From: Squalus acanthias
Taxonomy: Eukaryota
Assembly (NCBI GenBank): GCA_030390025.1
Contig: CM059425.1
Span: 164,364,001 to 164,428,000 of the forward strand
DNA: 64,000 nucleotides
Direction of reading: 5' to 3'
The notes under the pieces were generated by a model, which worked only from the letters and a program-made list of their open reading frames with translations, did not search any database and was not told the origin of the DNA. The translations under genes were made by a program, and so were the position numbers. How positions within the stretch are numbered: position 1 is the first letter of the stretch; the number at the start of each line of letters is the position of its first letter. Below are positions 51,201-62,463 of the stretch, one piece after another.

Positions 51201-51682
51201 AATATAGCAATTATATATTTTGCAATTTGTTTTGTGATATCTCATCCATGTTTTCTCATTCTGTTTGCTCATCATTACTCAAACCTCTGGAATTATACTA
51301 CTGTATCTGTAATTTTATCTTTATTTTTCTCTCCACCATATACTTTTAATCACTGACAATTAAAATGCTATTAATTAACATCTGATTTAGCAGTAATTAA
51401 ATTGTAATTGGTGCTTGTGGTACCAGAACAAAGTTTTTTTTTGCTTTGAAGGAGTGAGATTATTCAACTAGTTTCCCATTCATTCGTAGTAAAAGAGTGG
51501 TAAACCTAGCCTTTAATGTCTTGGATAAAAGAGTTTGTGGGTTGTGTTTTTAAAATTAAAACTTTTAAAAACTGAGTTTCAGAAGGCGTAAGATTAAAGT
51601 GGTGTACAGATAATCAATGTGGTGTTCTAAAATTGTCCCAACTGTCAAGCCAGTTCAGATAAACTTCTGAACATAGACATAT

Positions 51683-53958
51683 GGGGTCGATATTAACCAC
51701 CGCATGACAGGCAGGAGAGGATCGGGGGAGTGGTTAAATCGGCAAATTCGCAAAACCCGACCCTAACTCGCCACGCACGCGGCAGTTTTCGTTTTAACTG
51801 TGGCGGATATCTGGGGGGTCTGAGTAACCGGCTCTGGAGAGGCGGGTCCGTCATTATAATATTTAAATGAGGCTCCTTTCCTGAGATTTTGGCAGCGATT
51901 TGAAATTACCACCTCCTACATGGGTTTCTCGGGGTTACGGAAACTACCCAGTGAAATGGAGGAGAGATTGAGCGACACTTCATGGGGATGGTTAAAGGTC
52001 AGGAATCCCGAAAGGCTCATTGCTCATAGCTGCTTTCTCAGTTCCCTCTGGGGAAACGGTTTGGTGAGAGTACTTGTTGTGAGAGACTATTTGTACAGTT
52101 TGGAGGTGTTCACACAGAGAACATCAGGATGGCTGCTTTAGATTGAACTTCGGACAAGGTAGACGATCAGCATCCACCGCAGTAAGGGTGTGCTGTGGAG
52201 GAAGCTGCAGGTGGGCAACAGAGGTGTAGCTCGCAGGAGGCACTACCCACTGAACAGGGTCTACAGACCGTGGCTCAGCTTCCTTGATCTCTCGAAGAGC
52301 AATGCTTCTGAAGGCTGAGATTTTCATGTCAGGTGGTGGCAGACCTGCAGCCTCCTAGTAGAAGACCTGCTGCCTGCTGGACCTGGTGACCACGCATTAC
52401 CAGTGGCTGTGAAAGTCACCACCGCCCTCAATTGTTTTGCCTTTGGTTCCTTCCAGGGTGCTACCGGAGACATAGTGAGGGTCTCGCAGTTGGTTGCACA
52501 TAAATGCATAAGGCAGGTGGCGGATGGATTGTTTGCCAAGGTTGGGAGTTATGTAAACTTCCCTTGTGATGAAAATAGCCAGAATAAGCGGGTACTCGGA
52601 TTTTCGTCTCTGGCTGGCTTCCCACAGGTGCAGGGTGCCACACATGTGGCAATCGGAGCAACACCAGATCAACCAGGAGCATTCGTCAACCGCAAGGGAT
52701 TTCATTCCATCAATGTTCAGCTGGTGTGCAACAAGAAAAGGTTCATGCAGATCTACGCCAGATTCCCTAGGAACTGCCATGATGCTTTCATCCTGAGGCA
52801 GTCCAACATCCCTGACCAGTTCATACCTTAAATTTAAGGAGTGGCTGCTAGGCGACAAAAGACCCCCATTCAAACCTGACTGATAACACCTCTGAGGAAC
52901 CCCACCGATGAACACCGGAAGTGCTATAACACGAGCCATATGAAGTCCGAGTCTCGCCATCTCCGATACTCGGACGCTGACACGCTGCTTATCACCAGTG
53001 CCTCCTGCTTTCCATTTAGTAGCTCCACAATCAGTGGTGATCCACCTCCAGTCCTCTCCCTCTCCCTTGTATTTTGGGTTCTTTTCTCCTGCAAGGGAGA
53101 CGCAAGACCTATGAGTGTCAAAAAGGGATGTGTGCATCCGATGGATGCAGTACATTTGGTGAGGGTGGCAATCAGACAGATGGATCACAAGCGGCATTTG
53201 CATGCATTTGAGGAACGTGTTGAAATGCTATTTGAGGATGTGTGCTGAGAATCAGGTGACCTGACTGAGGTGGGATCACAATACATAAAGATTGGGGTGA
53301 GTGGCAGTGATGGAGGAAGGAAGAGGTGGGGAAGTACTTTAAACGGAACGATAGCTGCTACTGAAACTTAAGTGGGTGTGAGGAGTGAAGTGATGGAGTA
53401 CGCTTGAATAGACAGAGTAGGGGTATGCAGTACAGGATGTAGGTGAATCTGCAACTTTGCCCATCTTTCGTGGCCTGGTTAGGTGATTAAAACGCTTCCT
53501 GCACTGGATCCACATCCTCATCACGACACTCCTGCTGAACACCTCTTCAACCACCTCCCGCCATGCTTTCTTCATTATGGAGCAGGTTTTTTTTCCATTA
53601 CTAGGGAACAGTACCTCCTTCCTAGCCCTTACTGCACCCAGCAGTACTTCAAGGGATGCCTCATTAAATCAAGGTGCAGCCTTTGCTCTCTCTGATTCCA
53701 TTCCTACACCCACTTGACTTCATTCAATGCACCCAACTCCTCCAAATTCCAACTGTGCAGTGGTCCTTTAAATAGTCGAGATGAAATCATATCTGGTGGG
53801 TCTGCATCACCCCCGCTCACACGAAAGCAGGAAGGAAATTATAATGAGCATCCCTATTGAAATCGGACATTCCCACAATCTTCCGCGTTCCTCGCCCGCT
53901 ATTCCACCCCCCCGCCAAAATCACCACCAAATCCCGGCTCCACGCTAATATTGGGGCC
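51683..53958. mobile_element. Decayed two-gene PIF/Harbinger transposon (transposase on +, Myb/SANT on -, convergent)
   Basis: ORF 52403-52831 HARBI1-like (VAVKVTTALN, GFPQVQGA, NRKGFHSINVQLVC, CHDAFIL); ORF 53339-53575 (-) AWREVVEEV..WIQCRKRFN; imperfect TIRs GGGGTCGATATTAAC / GCTAATATTGGGGCC. Confidence 0.85.
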
Positions 53959-54134
53959 GTAGCTTCAAACACGTTTGTTGCTTTTTAATATATACGTTAA
54001 AAAATACTCTCTGTATAAATTAACAAGTAGACGAGCCATTCCTTCATGGCTTATGTTGTGTCACTTCATGAACGATTGGTACATTATACGTGTGTTACAG
54101 ATTATGCAATTGGAATCATCAGATTAGCAGAATC

Positions 54135-54355
54135 CCTCCTGGGACCTCTTCAGTTTTCCATTTCTATAAATGATTTGGACAAAGCCACAAAAGAAATGAT
54201 GTCAAAATTTGCTGATGATCCCAAAATTAGAGGCAGGACAAACTGTGGGGAAGAATGCAGGCGGTTAGTGGAGTGGGCGGATAGGTGGCAGAAACAGTTC
54301 AATGAAGAGAAATGTGCAACAGTAGAATGTGGGAAAACGAACAGTGACATTCAGT
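54135..54355 (+). mobile_element. Old CR1 RT fragment
   Basis: LGPLQFSISINDLD..SKFADD..EWADRWQKQFNEEKC. Confidence 0.75.
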
Positions 54356-54979
54356 AGAAGCTAAACAGTAAAAGCCCAAAATTCCAGGGGTCGGGAGGAA
54401 CGAAAATGTTTCATCCCAACTGAGCAGGGCGGGGGGGAGGGGAGTGGTTGCAATTCAGGGTACAACTTGGATCCATTCGATTTCCACCCTATTTGTCCAG
54501 CAAAGAAAAATACTTCTCCCAATCTGCCTCCCACATCTTGGCGGCAGTAAGGAGAGTTGAAAAATATTCTGACTTTATAAGTTGTACTATACTTGCAACA
54601 GAAAACTCCAGCACTATGTGTTTGTAGAATAATAAAAATTGCTGTCCAGTTTAATCTTAATAAAGTAGTGTAAAAACAATCAAAGCAATTAATAACTTTC
54701 ATAGTCTGTGCTATAAACCGCAGTGGTTTACAGATTGCAGTAAATCCCCTTCCCTTCAGATTAGTCAAATAGTTGACATCTTATTCCATTTAACAGAGTT
54801 CTGAAGGATATTGCTTGTGTGCTGGATCTCAAATTTAATTTAAGTTTACAACTGATAAAATATCCCATCTAAGGTCTTACAGTAAAGGTGGTAGAAATTG
54901 TTCTGGAAACCTGAAGCTGTTGAATACAAACAAGTGAAACCGAAATGACAATTGTAATGTTCTTTTCTTTCTTGCAAAG

Positions 54980-55036
54980 GCACATGTGAAAGCTCCGACA
55001 GCTGCCTCAGTTCCTGCAAGTCAAAGTAGTGCTCAG
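54980..55036 (+). CDS. CAST: CAST 57-nt exon, copy 1, AHVKAPTAASVPASQSSAQ
   Basis: tcttttctttcttgcaaag acceptor, CAG|gtaagt donor, phase 0-0. Confidence 0.7.
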
Positions 55037-56475
55037 GTAAGTGAAAAAAGAGTAAAATGTGAAATATATGGCAACGGCCAATGACAACAAAAAAATTGCA
55101 CAAACAAACCGATTAGGACACCTTCGCAGATCATTCATCAAATACCTTTCAGATATCAAAACAGAGCAGTTCTTAGCTCTATTGCCCCAACCTGTGTTTC
55201 CGATATTCCCAAAATTCATCCTTCAATTCAGCAAAATCATCTCATACTTCAGCCAAAACCAGGCCACAGGCCAGAACGCCTCCAGTTGGCAGTCTTAAAG
55301 CAGGCCATATATGTGCCGGGGAAGTGTGAACTCACAGCATGGGCACTCCTTGCTCCAGCCTTGCTCCGGCTGACATAACTCGCTTTTTTGGAGTGGCCAA
55401 CTGCTCCGTCCCTTATAAGGCAAAGTGGAAATTCCAATTCGAGGTCAGGACATGGCATATCCAAATCCATATGAAAAATATGCCTTAATCACGTATTTAT
55501 GATTTAGATGTTACAAGCTATCCCTACTTTAGGTGATCAGGTACAGTGGCATCTTTGGTCTCAATGACACCAGATTGGATGTAACTAGATTGTACTTGCA
55601 AAGACATCTGGCACTCATTCTAATCTCAAGTTGTGTGAAAGGACTGTTGTCTTGCCAGCATCAGAATGGGATAATGATGCTCCTACCGCAATACGAAGCA
55701 AAATAAGTGAAGGAGAGATTCACAGCTCTTCACTTGAATTTACTGAAGCTATTTTTGTAGCTGAGGCATGAAGTAAAGTGTGGAGGCAGTGAGTTGGGAA
55801 CAAGATTGGGACTAGAAGTGGAATGGGAATTTAAAATATCAAATTGCGACTTTCGGACCTGCCAGAATATAAGGAATGTTAGCTAATTCCTTTACCACCG
55901 TCGCAAGTGTATTTCCTATAAAAATAAAAGCTTGAGTTTGTTCTTCCCAAATGGAGAAGCCAACATCAAAATCTGAGGCAATTGTGGGGTTTGCAGTTTT
56001 TTCAAATCAGGTCATCAAACTATCTAAAAGCAAGTATTCAGTGTAAGGAGAGTTGAAAAATATTCTGACTTTATAAGTTGTACTATACTTGCAACAGAAA
56101 ACTCCAGCTCTATGTGCTTGTAGAATAATAAACAATTCTGTCCCGTTTAATCTTAATAAAGTTGTGTAAAAACAATCAAAGCAATTAGTAACTTTCATAG
56201 TCCGTGCTGTAAACCGCAGTGGTTTACAGATTGCAGTAAATCCCCTTCCCTTCAGATTAGTCAAATAGTTGACATCTTATTCCATTTAACAGAGTTCTGA
56301 AGGATATTGCTTGTGTGCTGGATCTCAAATTTAATTTAAGTTTACAACTGATAAAATATCCCATCTAAGGTCTTACAGTAAAGGTGGTAGAAATTGTTCT
56401 GGAAACTTGAAGCTGTTGAATACAAACAAGTGAAACCGAAATGACAATTGTAATGTTCTTTTCTTGCTTGCAAAG

Positions 56476-56532
56476 GCACATGTGAAAGCTCCGACAGCTG
56501 CCTCAGTTCCTGCAAGTCAAAGTAGTGCTCAG
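56476..56532 (+). CDS. CAST: CAST 57-nt exon, copy 2 (identical to copy 1)
   Basis: ttcttgcttgcaaag acceptor, CAG|gtaagt donor; same 57 nt as 54980-55036. Confidence 0.7.
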
Positions 56533-56664
56533 GTAAGTGATATAATCTCAGATTGAAGATCTTCCAGTAAAGGTGGTAGAAATTGTTCTGGAAACCTGGT
56601 GTAGCCGAGGACGAACAAGTAAAACTGAAATAATAATTGAAATGATCATTTCTGTCTTACGAAG

Positions 56665-56721
56665 GTACCTGTGAAAGCTTCGACAGCTGCCTCAGTTTCT
56701 TCAAGCCAAAGTGATGCTAAG
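56665..56721 (+). CDS. CAST: CAST 57-nt exon, copy 3 (diverged), VPVKASTAASVSSSQSDAK
   Basis: tttctgtcttacgaag acceptor, AAG|gtaagt donor; paralogous to copies 1 and 2. Confidence 0.68.
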
Positions 56722-57319
56722 GTAAGTGAAAAAAGAGTAAAATGTGAAATACATGGCAACTGACAATGACAGTAAAGGAACTGCACAAACAAACCGATTT
56801 AGGACACCTTCGCAGATCATTCATCAAATACCTTTCAGATATCAAAACAGAGCAGTTCTGAACTCTATTACCCCAACCCTGTGTTTCCCATATTCCCAAA
56901 ATTCATCCAGCAAAATCATCTCATACTTTAGCCAAATCCAGGCTGCAAGAATAATCCCATCACACTCTTCCAGAAGCAGACCAAACTCTCAACAATGCTT
57001 CCAGTCTTTTATTCCAAACATCTTCACAACTGTCTGATCTTTGCCTGCACCGTGCTTCCCCACATGTGTGAAAAACAAACTAATTCACAAAAACTGATTT
57101 TAAATCCACCAATCAGTGATTGTAGAAACTAAAGTCATAATTATCCCACTTCACACTCCCAGTGTCGAGGCTGCCCTCCAGGAGGAGGAAGTCGGGAAAT
57201 TTCCGCTTCAGTGGAAGCAGCAGTTGCTTGGGTTGTTTCAGTAACATATTTCACCGCTGTCAGAATATGTTTCCGCTGAGGTTTGTCACACATTGAAAAA
57301 ATGTCTTTTATTTTTAAAG

Positions 57320-57409
57320 GGTAAAGATGCCATTGACCTGCTTTCAGAAATGCTCCCATCAGAAGCACCAGACAATTCAGCTCCAAAATACACTGGTCCT
57401 GCAGTGAAG
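57320..57409 (+). CDS. CAST: CAST inhibitory domain subdomain A exon, GKDAIDLLSEMLPSEAPDNSAPKYTGPAVK
   Basis: ttttatttttaaag acceptor, AAG|gtacaa donor, 90 nt; resembles mammalian DAALDDLIDTL...YTGPEV. Confidence 0.88.
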
Positions 57410-57441
57410 GTACAAATGAAAATTGTCTCCTAATACTTTTA

Positions 57442-57943
57442 GGGGGAGAAATTCGGTATCGTCCCGTTTGGGGTGCAATTATCGACTGGGCGCAAAGTTT
57501 AGCGCCTGGCGCTAATTATCGCCTCCGACTATAAACTTGGCTTCTATCACCCCTGGAGGTGATTGGAGCGCTAAATCAGGCGCTAAACACCTCTCTTAAG
57601 GTGCTAACGCCGAGGAGCGAGGCGCTACCTCAGAGCGCTGGCGAAACTCATGTGATGTCAGTCAGCAATGGAACACAGACACACTGGCGCCGGCCAGTTC
57701 TTAAAGGGGAGGGTCGATCTTGCTCTCCATCCACACCCTGCTCATTGCAGCCTTGAATCTCGGCCTGGAGAGACCTGTACATCAATTCTGCTGGAAAGAA
57801 CAATGGAGAGGCCCAGGGAAACAGCTCAGAGTGCAGGCCCCATAGTCTCTCCTAAATCGATGCAAGGAAGGACAAATCAAAATGAACCTGCAAAGTGCTG
57901 CTCAGTGCCCAAAACACCTTCACATAGCGTTGAATCTCTCCAG

Positions 57944-57987
<44 letters not shown>

Positions 57988-58347
57988 GAATGCGTGGTGC
58001 AAAAATGTCGCCGACAAAAAAAGGCAAGAAGCGGGCACCTTTAAATAGCGCTCCCCCAGTCCCTTTCCGATTGCAAAACGTTCCCCTCAACCTATCGTTG
58101 CTAGCAGCAGGCGGAAATGCAGGTGACGCCACTCAATATCCGGTCCGGGGTGTTGCACGCTCGACTGATGTCACGATCTGTGGGCGCAGGAGATCGTGGC
58201 AGGTAGTGTTTAGCGCCACCACAAAATGTCTGGTCAATTTCGCTAGCGGTGCAAACATCGCCGCGCCCGGGCGCTAGTTGCTTTGCGACCCATTAGCTCC
58301 CTGTTAGGGCGCTAACGGGAGGCGTAAAGCAACCGGATTTTTCCCTC
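57442..58347. mobile_element. Non-autonomous Harbinger/MITE containing a (TC)19 tract (57947-57984)
   Basis: TIR GGGGGAGAAATTCGG / CCGGATTTTTCCCTC, TSD TTA on both sides. Confidence 0.85.
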
Positions 58348-58466
58348 TTAGTCTTTGAATAACATTCCTGTTACTGCATCACATGTTGTTCTGTTTCTTG
58401 GTAGAGCTAATATATATCTTTACGCATGAAATCGGTCTGTTGGTAACGCTGTCCTGTCCCCGGTCC

Positions 58467-58686
58467 AAACAACAACAACTTGCATCGATATAGTGCACTT
58501 AACGTAGTATAATGTCCCAAGGCACTTTACAGGAGTGCTTTAAACAAAATTTGACACCGAGCCACATAAGGAGATATTAGTGCAGGTGACCAAAAGCCTG
58601 TTGAAAGAGGTAGATTTTAAGGAGCGCCTTAAAGGAGGAGAAGGAGGTAGAGAGGCAGAGAGGCTGAGAGAAGGAATTCCAGAGCC
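58467..58686 (-). mobile_element. L2-clade LINE 3' end
   Basis: (aac)n tail followed by the reverse complement of the WNS..LKTYLF region. Confidence 0.75.
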
Positions 58687-58868
58687 TTCTTTGTCAACTG
58701 CTATAGGCTTTTACAGGCAGCTTTTTCAGTGTTTTGAATCATTTGATAAATGTTGAGTTGATTCACTTAACTCCAATTATCATTTTACTGAAGCACAGAA
58801 TATGGACATTCAATCTCAATATTTATGTGAATTTTGGTTTTGAATAATTATATTTCTCATATTTTCAG

Positions 58869-58964
58869 GAATCAGATGCTACTAAGAAGAAAGCTGAACG
58901 AGTGGGAGAAACTGAAGGATCTATCCCACCTGATTACAGATTTAAAGAGCAACCTGATCCTAAG
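58869..58964 (+). CDS. CAST: CAST inhibitory domain subdomain B exon, ESDATKKKAERVGETEGSIPPDYRFKEQPDPK
   Basis: attttcag acceptor, AAG|gttcga donor, 96 nt; hallmark G-x-x-E-x-[TS]-IPP-x-YR motif. Confidence 0.9.
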
Positions 58965-59240
58965 GTTCGATCCAACAATCACTTTGAGCCAAGTCAATAA
59001 TTGTTTCAATAATTTTGTATTTTCAAAATGTATCCATGTATAGAACATCGAGAAAAAATTCCACCACTGTCTAATGTAAAAAACAAACACTTAGATAATG
59101 TTGTTGCAATAGTAGAAATGATGCTGATATCATAGGTCCTAATGAATCTGACAGAGAATTACAAGAGAGAAATTGCTGAAAAATTAAAACTGAAATCAGT
59201 GTACACCAGTTCCCTCCATTGATTAATCCTGCTACATATT

Positions 59241-59967
59241 GGCCCAAAAATTCATCCCGGTGCGTACTCTCGCGTATTCCCTCTGCAATTGCCGGTTTTC
59301 TGCATGCCCTGCGCATGCGCTGAAAACCGGCAATTGCTCTTCTGAAAAGGGGGCGGGTCCTGGGTGCATCGCGTGCGCGCTGCAGGCTGCGCGCACGCTG
59401 TGCACTTCATGCTTTGGACGCGCAGGTAAGTACTGAAGATTTTAGAAATGTAAAAAGGAGGAGTAAGACCCACTTTTAACAAGGTAAGTAGTGAATTAAG
59501 TATTTTTTTGATTTTTTTTTTTACAGGTATATCTTTTTTAGAGACTTTAAAGACAGGTAAGTTTATTTTTATAACTTTTTAAAAGATTTTAAATTTTTTC
59601 AAAAATTTAATTTTTTATTTAAAATGGTTAATTTATTTAACTATACTTATTTTATTAATGTGATGGGTTTTTTTTAAATTTAATTGAGGTTTAGCTGTTA
59701 TTTTGGGGGGGTGTAAGATTCATAGATTTCACAGCCGTGCTGTGAAACTTATGAATGGAAGATGGTGTGCTGCCATTGGCTCTAACTGAGTCACGTGATC
59801 CCACAGCTCGCACGAATTCACTACGCCGGTGGGATACGCAAGCACTGCCCAGCTGATGTCTAGAACATCAAGTTCGTGCGAGCTGGATCTGAAAAAGCAC
59901 AAGCGAGGTGAGAGATCGCGGGGAAGGCTTACCCCCGCGGGAACAGAGCGAGATCAATTTCTGGGCC
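59241..59967. mobile_element. Uninterrupted Harbinger-like MITE (B-related)
   Basis: TIR GGCCCAAAAATT / AATTTCTGGGCC; reverse-complement relative of 20580-21053 plus 22290-22537. Confidence 0.88.
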
Positions 59968-60082
59968 AATAACTAAATGCCTTTGCAGTTCAACTTATTG
60001 ATCAACTGAGGTTCACACAGACGTCATGCGTCAATGCACACTAGAATGCTGAAGTATTTTGCCATATTTATGGCACAATGTC

Positions 60083-60537
60083 CGCCATGGTCAGTTGGTA
60101 GCTCCCTCACCTCTGAATCAGAAGTTTGTGGGTTCAGGTCGCACTCCAGGGACTTGAGCACAAAGATCTAGGCTGACTCTCCAGTACAGTATGAGGGAGT
60201 GCTGCACTGTCAGAGGTGCCGTCTGTTGGATGAGACGTTAAACCTGCTCTCTCAGGTGGACGTAAAAGATCCTGTGACACTATTTCGCAGAAGAGCAGGG
60301 GAGTTAGACCCAGTGTCCTGGCCAATATTTATCCCGAAATCAACATCACTAAAACAAAACGATTATCTGGTCATTATCACATTGCTGTTTGTGGGAGCTT
60401 GCTGTGTGCAAATTGGCTGCTGCGTTTCCTACATTACAACAGTGACTACACTTCAAAAAGTACTTCATTGGCTGTAAAGCACTTTGGGACGTCCGGTGGA
60501 TGTGAAAGGCGCTATATAAATGAAAGCTTTTCTTTCT
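60083..60537 (+). mobile_element. tRNA-derived DeuSINE (SacSINE1-like), full length
   Basis: tRNA-like head, Deu-like core, L2-type tail aaaggcgctatataaatg..tttctttct. Confidence 0.8.
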
Positions 60538-60623
60538 ATCTTGCTGCTTTACCAGCTGCTTTCAATTCTAAATAAAGTTGATGCCTCGAAGAAAAATCTG
60601 ATGAAGTTTGTTCCTTGCAACAG

Positions 60624-60674
60624 GGTAAAGGTAAACTGGCCTCTTCAACCACTGTTCCAGGAGCAAAACCAAAG
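60624..60674 (+). CDS. CAST: CAST linker exon, GKGKLASSTTVPGAKPK (alternative in-frame donor at 60686 adds VTEK)
   Basis: ttccttgcaacag acceptor; donors AAG|gtaaca and AAG|gtaaaa. Confidence 0.75.
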
Positions 60675-60846
60675 GTAACAGAGAAGGTAAAACGCAAATA
60701 TTTTTGTTGTTGAAGGAGCATTTGATTCCCTGCAGTAAAACTCTTCAGGTCACCATTCCAGAAATCAATGACATTTATGCCCTTATTATATTCAAAAATA
60801 AGAAGTCGCACAACACCAGGTTATAGTCCAACAGTTTTATTTGAAA

Positions 60847-60883
60847 TTACGAGCTTTCGGAGCTCTGCTCCTTCATCAGGGAC
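60847..60883 (-). ncRNA. Hammerhead-like motif, type 1 pLTR (stem I poorly paired)
   Basis: Minus strand: CTGATGA A GGAGC-AGA-GCTCC GAAA GCTC GTAA. Confidence 0.6.
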
Positions 60884-61127
60884 AGGTACAGTGAGGGAAT
60901 ACAAATCGATTACAAAGTATATATAGACAGAAACAATGTGTCTGCAGAGATACAATCTTTCAGGGAGGCATTACATCAAAGACACATCAGAGTACAGCCA
61001 AGACAATGAGGTGGGGTCACAGGGGGTCCAACGTGTCAAATGCTTCTCGGAGGGAAACAAAAAAGGGGTTGGAGGCAAACAAAAGGATGGATGAAAAAAT
61101 AAAATATAAATGTGATTGGGGCTGAGG

Positions 61128-62357
61128 TTATGATCTAAAATTGTTGAACTCGATATTGAGTCCAGAGGGCTGTAGCGTGCCTAAACGAAAGATGAGGTGC
61201 TGTTCCTCGAGCTTACGCTGCGCTTCCGTGGAACAATGTAATAGACCGAGGACAGTGAGGTCAGAGTGGGAGTGGAGCGGACAATTAAAGTGACAGGCAA
61301 CCGGGAGCTCGGGGTCCCCCTTACGGACTGAACGGAGGTGTTCTGCAAAGCGGTCACCCAATCTGCGTTTGGTCTCCCCAATGTAGAGGAGACCACATCG
61401 TGAGCAGCGAATACAGTATACTAAATTGCAGGAAGTACAAGTAAATTGCTGTTTCACCTGGAAGGGGTGTTTGGGGCCCTGGACAGTGGGAAGAGGGGAG
61501 GTATAAAGGCATATGTTGCATCTCCTGCGCTTGCACGGGAAGGTGGCGGGCGAAGGGGAAGGGGTGCTGGGGGTGGTAGAGGAGTGGACTAGGGTGTCGC
61601 GGAGGGAGCGGTCCCTGCGGAATGCTGAAAGGGGAGGTGAGGGGAAGATGCGTTTGGTGGTGGGATCACGCTGGAGGTGGCGGAAATGGCGGAGGATGAT
61701 CCGTTGAATGTGGAGGCTGGTGGGGTGAAAGGTGAGGACAAGGGGAACTCTATCGTGGTTCCGGGAGGGAGGGGCGGGGGTGAGGGCAGAAGTGCGGGAG
61801 ATAGAACGGACACGGTCGAGGGCCGTGTCGACCATGGTAGAGGGGAATCCTCGGTTGAGGAAAAAGGAAGACATGTCGGAAGCACTGGTATGGAAGGTGG
61901 CATCATCAGAGCAGATGCGGCGGAGACGGAGAAACTGGGAGAATGGAATAGAGTCCTTACAGGAGGCGGGGTGGGAGGAAGTGTAGTCCAGGTAGCAGTG
62001 GGAGTCAGTGGGCTTGTAGTGAATGTTAGTCAATAACCTATCCCCAGAGATGGAGACGGAGAAGTCGAGGAAGGGAAGGGAAGAGTCGGAGATGGACCAT
62101 GTGAAGGTGAGGGAAGGGTGGAAATTGGAAGCATAGTGAATGAAATGTTCTAGTTCAGGGCGAGAGCAGGAGACGGCACCGATACAGTCATCAATGTACC
62201 GGAAAAAGAGGTGAGGGCGGGGACCCGAGTAGGACTGGAACAAAGAGTGTTCCACATATCCCACGAAAAGGCAGGCATAGCTAGGACCCATGTGGGTACC
62301 CATAGCAACACCTTTAATTTGGAGGAAATGGGTGGAGTCAAAGGAGAAGTTGTTCAA
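61128..62357 (-). CDS. Penelope-like RT (C-terminal half) + Cys-rich linker + GIY-YIG endonuclease, 409 aa open (Neptune-like linker)
   Basis: GVAMGTHMGPSYA, FFRYIDD, LPFLD, CKRRRCNIC, NLVYCIRCSRCGLLYIGET, RFAEH, GLNIEF. Confidence 0.92.
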   Translation of the reverse strand: MNNFSFDSTHFLQIKGVAMGTHMGPSYACLFVGYVEHSLFQSYSGPRPHLFFRYIDDCIGAVSCSRPELEHFIHYASNFHPSLTFTWSISDSSLPFLDFSVSISGDRLLTNIHYKPTDSHCYLDYTSSHPASCKDSIPFSQFLRLRRICSDDATFHTSASDMSSFFLNRGFPSTMVDTALDRVRSISRTSALTPAPPSRNHDRVPLVLTFHPTSLHIQRIILRHFRHLQRDPTTKRIFPSPPLSAFRRDRSLRDTLVHSSTTPSTPSPSPATFPCKRRRCNICLYTSPLPTVQGPKHPFQVKQQFTCTSCNLVYCIRCSRCGLLYIGETKRRLGDRFAEHLRSVRKGDPELPVACHFNCPLHSHSDLTVLGLLHCSTEAQRKLEEQHLIFRLGTLQPSGLNIEFNNFRS

Positions 62358-62463
62358 TGTGAGAACAAGTTCAGCCAGGCGGAGGAGGGTGGTAGTGGAT
62401 GGGGACTGGTTGGGCCTCTATTCAAGGAAGAAGCGGAGCACCCTCAAGCCATCCTGGTGGGGG

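Larger units (their letters stand above)
54547..56943 (+). repeat. Local tandem duplication containing the three 57-nt exons
   Basis: 54547-55044 matches 56043-56540 (offset 1496); 55037-~55263 matches 56722-~56943; 54879-55044 matches 56565-56729 more loosely. Confidence 0.92.
23347..60686 (+). other. CAST: Calpastatin gene, partial (span of exons recognised here; gene continues beyond the window)
   Basis: Series of AG/GT-bounded, open, phase-0 exons on +. Two match calpastatin inhibitory domain motifs (A: DAIDLLSEML..YTGPAV; B: VGETEGSIPPDYRF versus the L-G-x-x-E-x-T-I-P-P-x-Y-R consensus). Upstream exons are K/S/T/P/A-rich like the L domain. Confidence 0.88.
60793..62463 (-). mobile_element. 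Penelope-like retroelement, 5'-truncated, ending in a type 1 pLTR
   Basis: RT+GIY-YIG ORF followed by 3' sequence with a hammerhead motif and ggactataacctggtgttgtgcgacttct terminus. Confidence 0.92.

Noticed and set aside
52403..52831. Domesticated HARBI1 gene
   Set aside because: The first catalytic IDCT-type motif is missing (GA-THV), the frame is truncated, and it sits inside TIRs with a decayed Myb partner: a transposon relic.
52397..53203. 268-aa minus-strand ORF
   Set aside because: Mostly antisense to the Harbinger transposase remnant; no recognisable domain of its own.
54547..56540. Exon duplication as an assembly artefact
   Set aside because: Copies differ by several substitutions and have different downstream introns; a true duplication is more likely, though reads should confirm.
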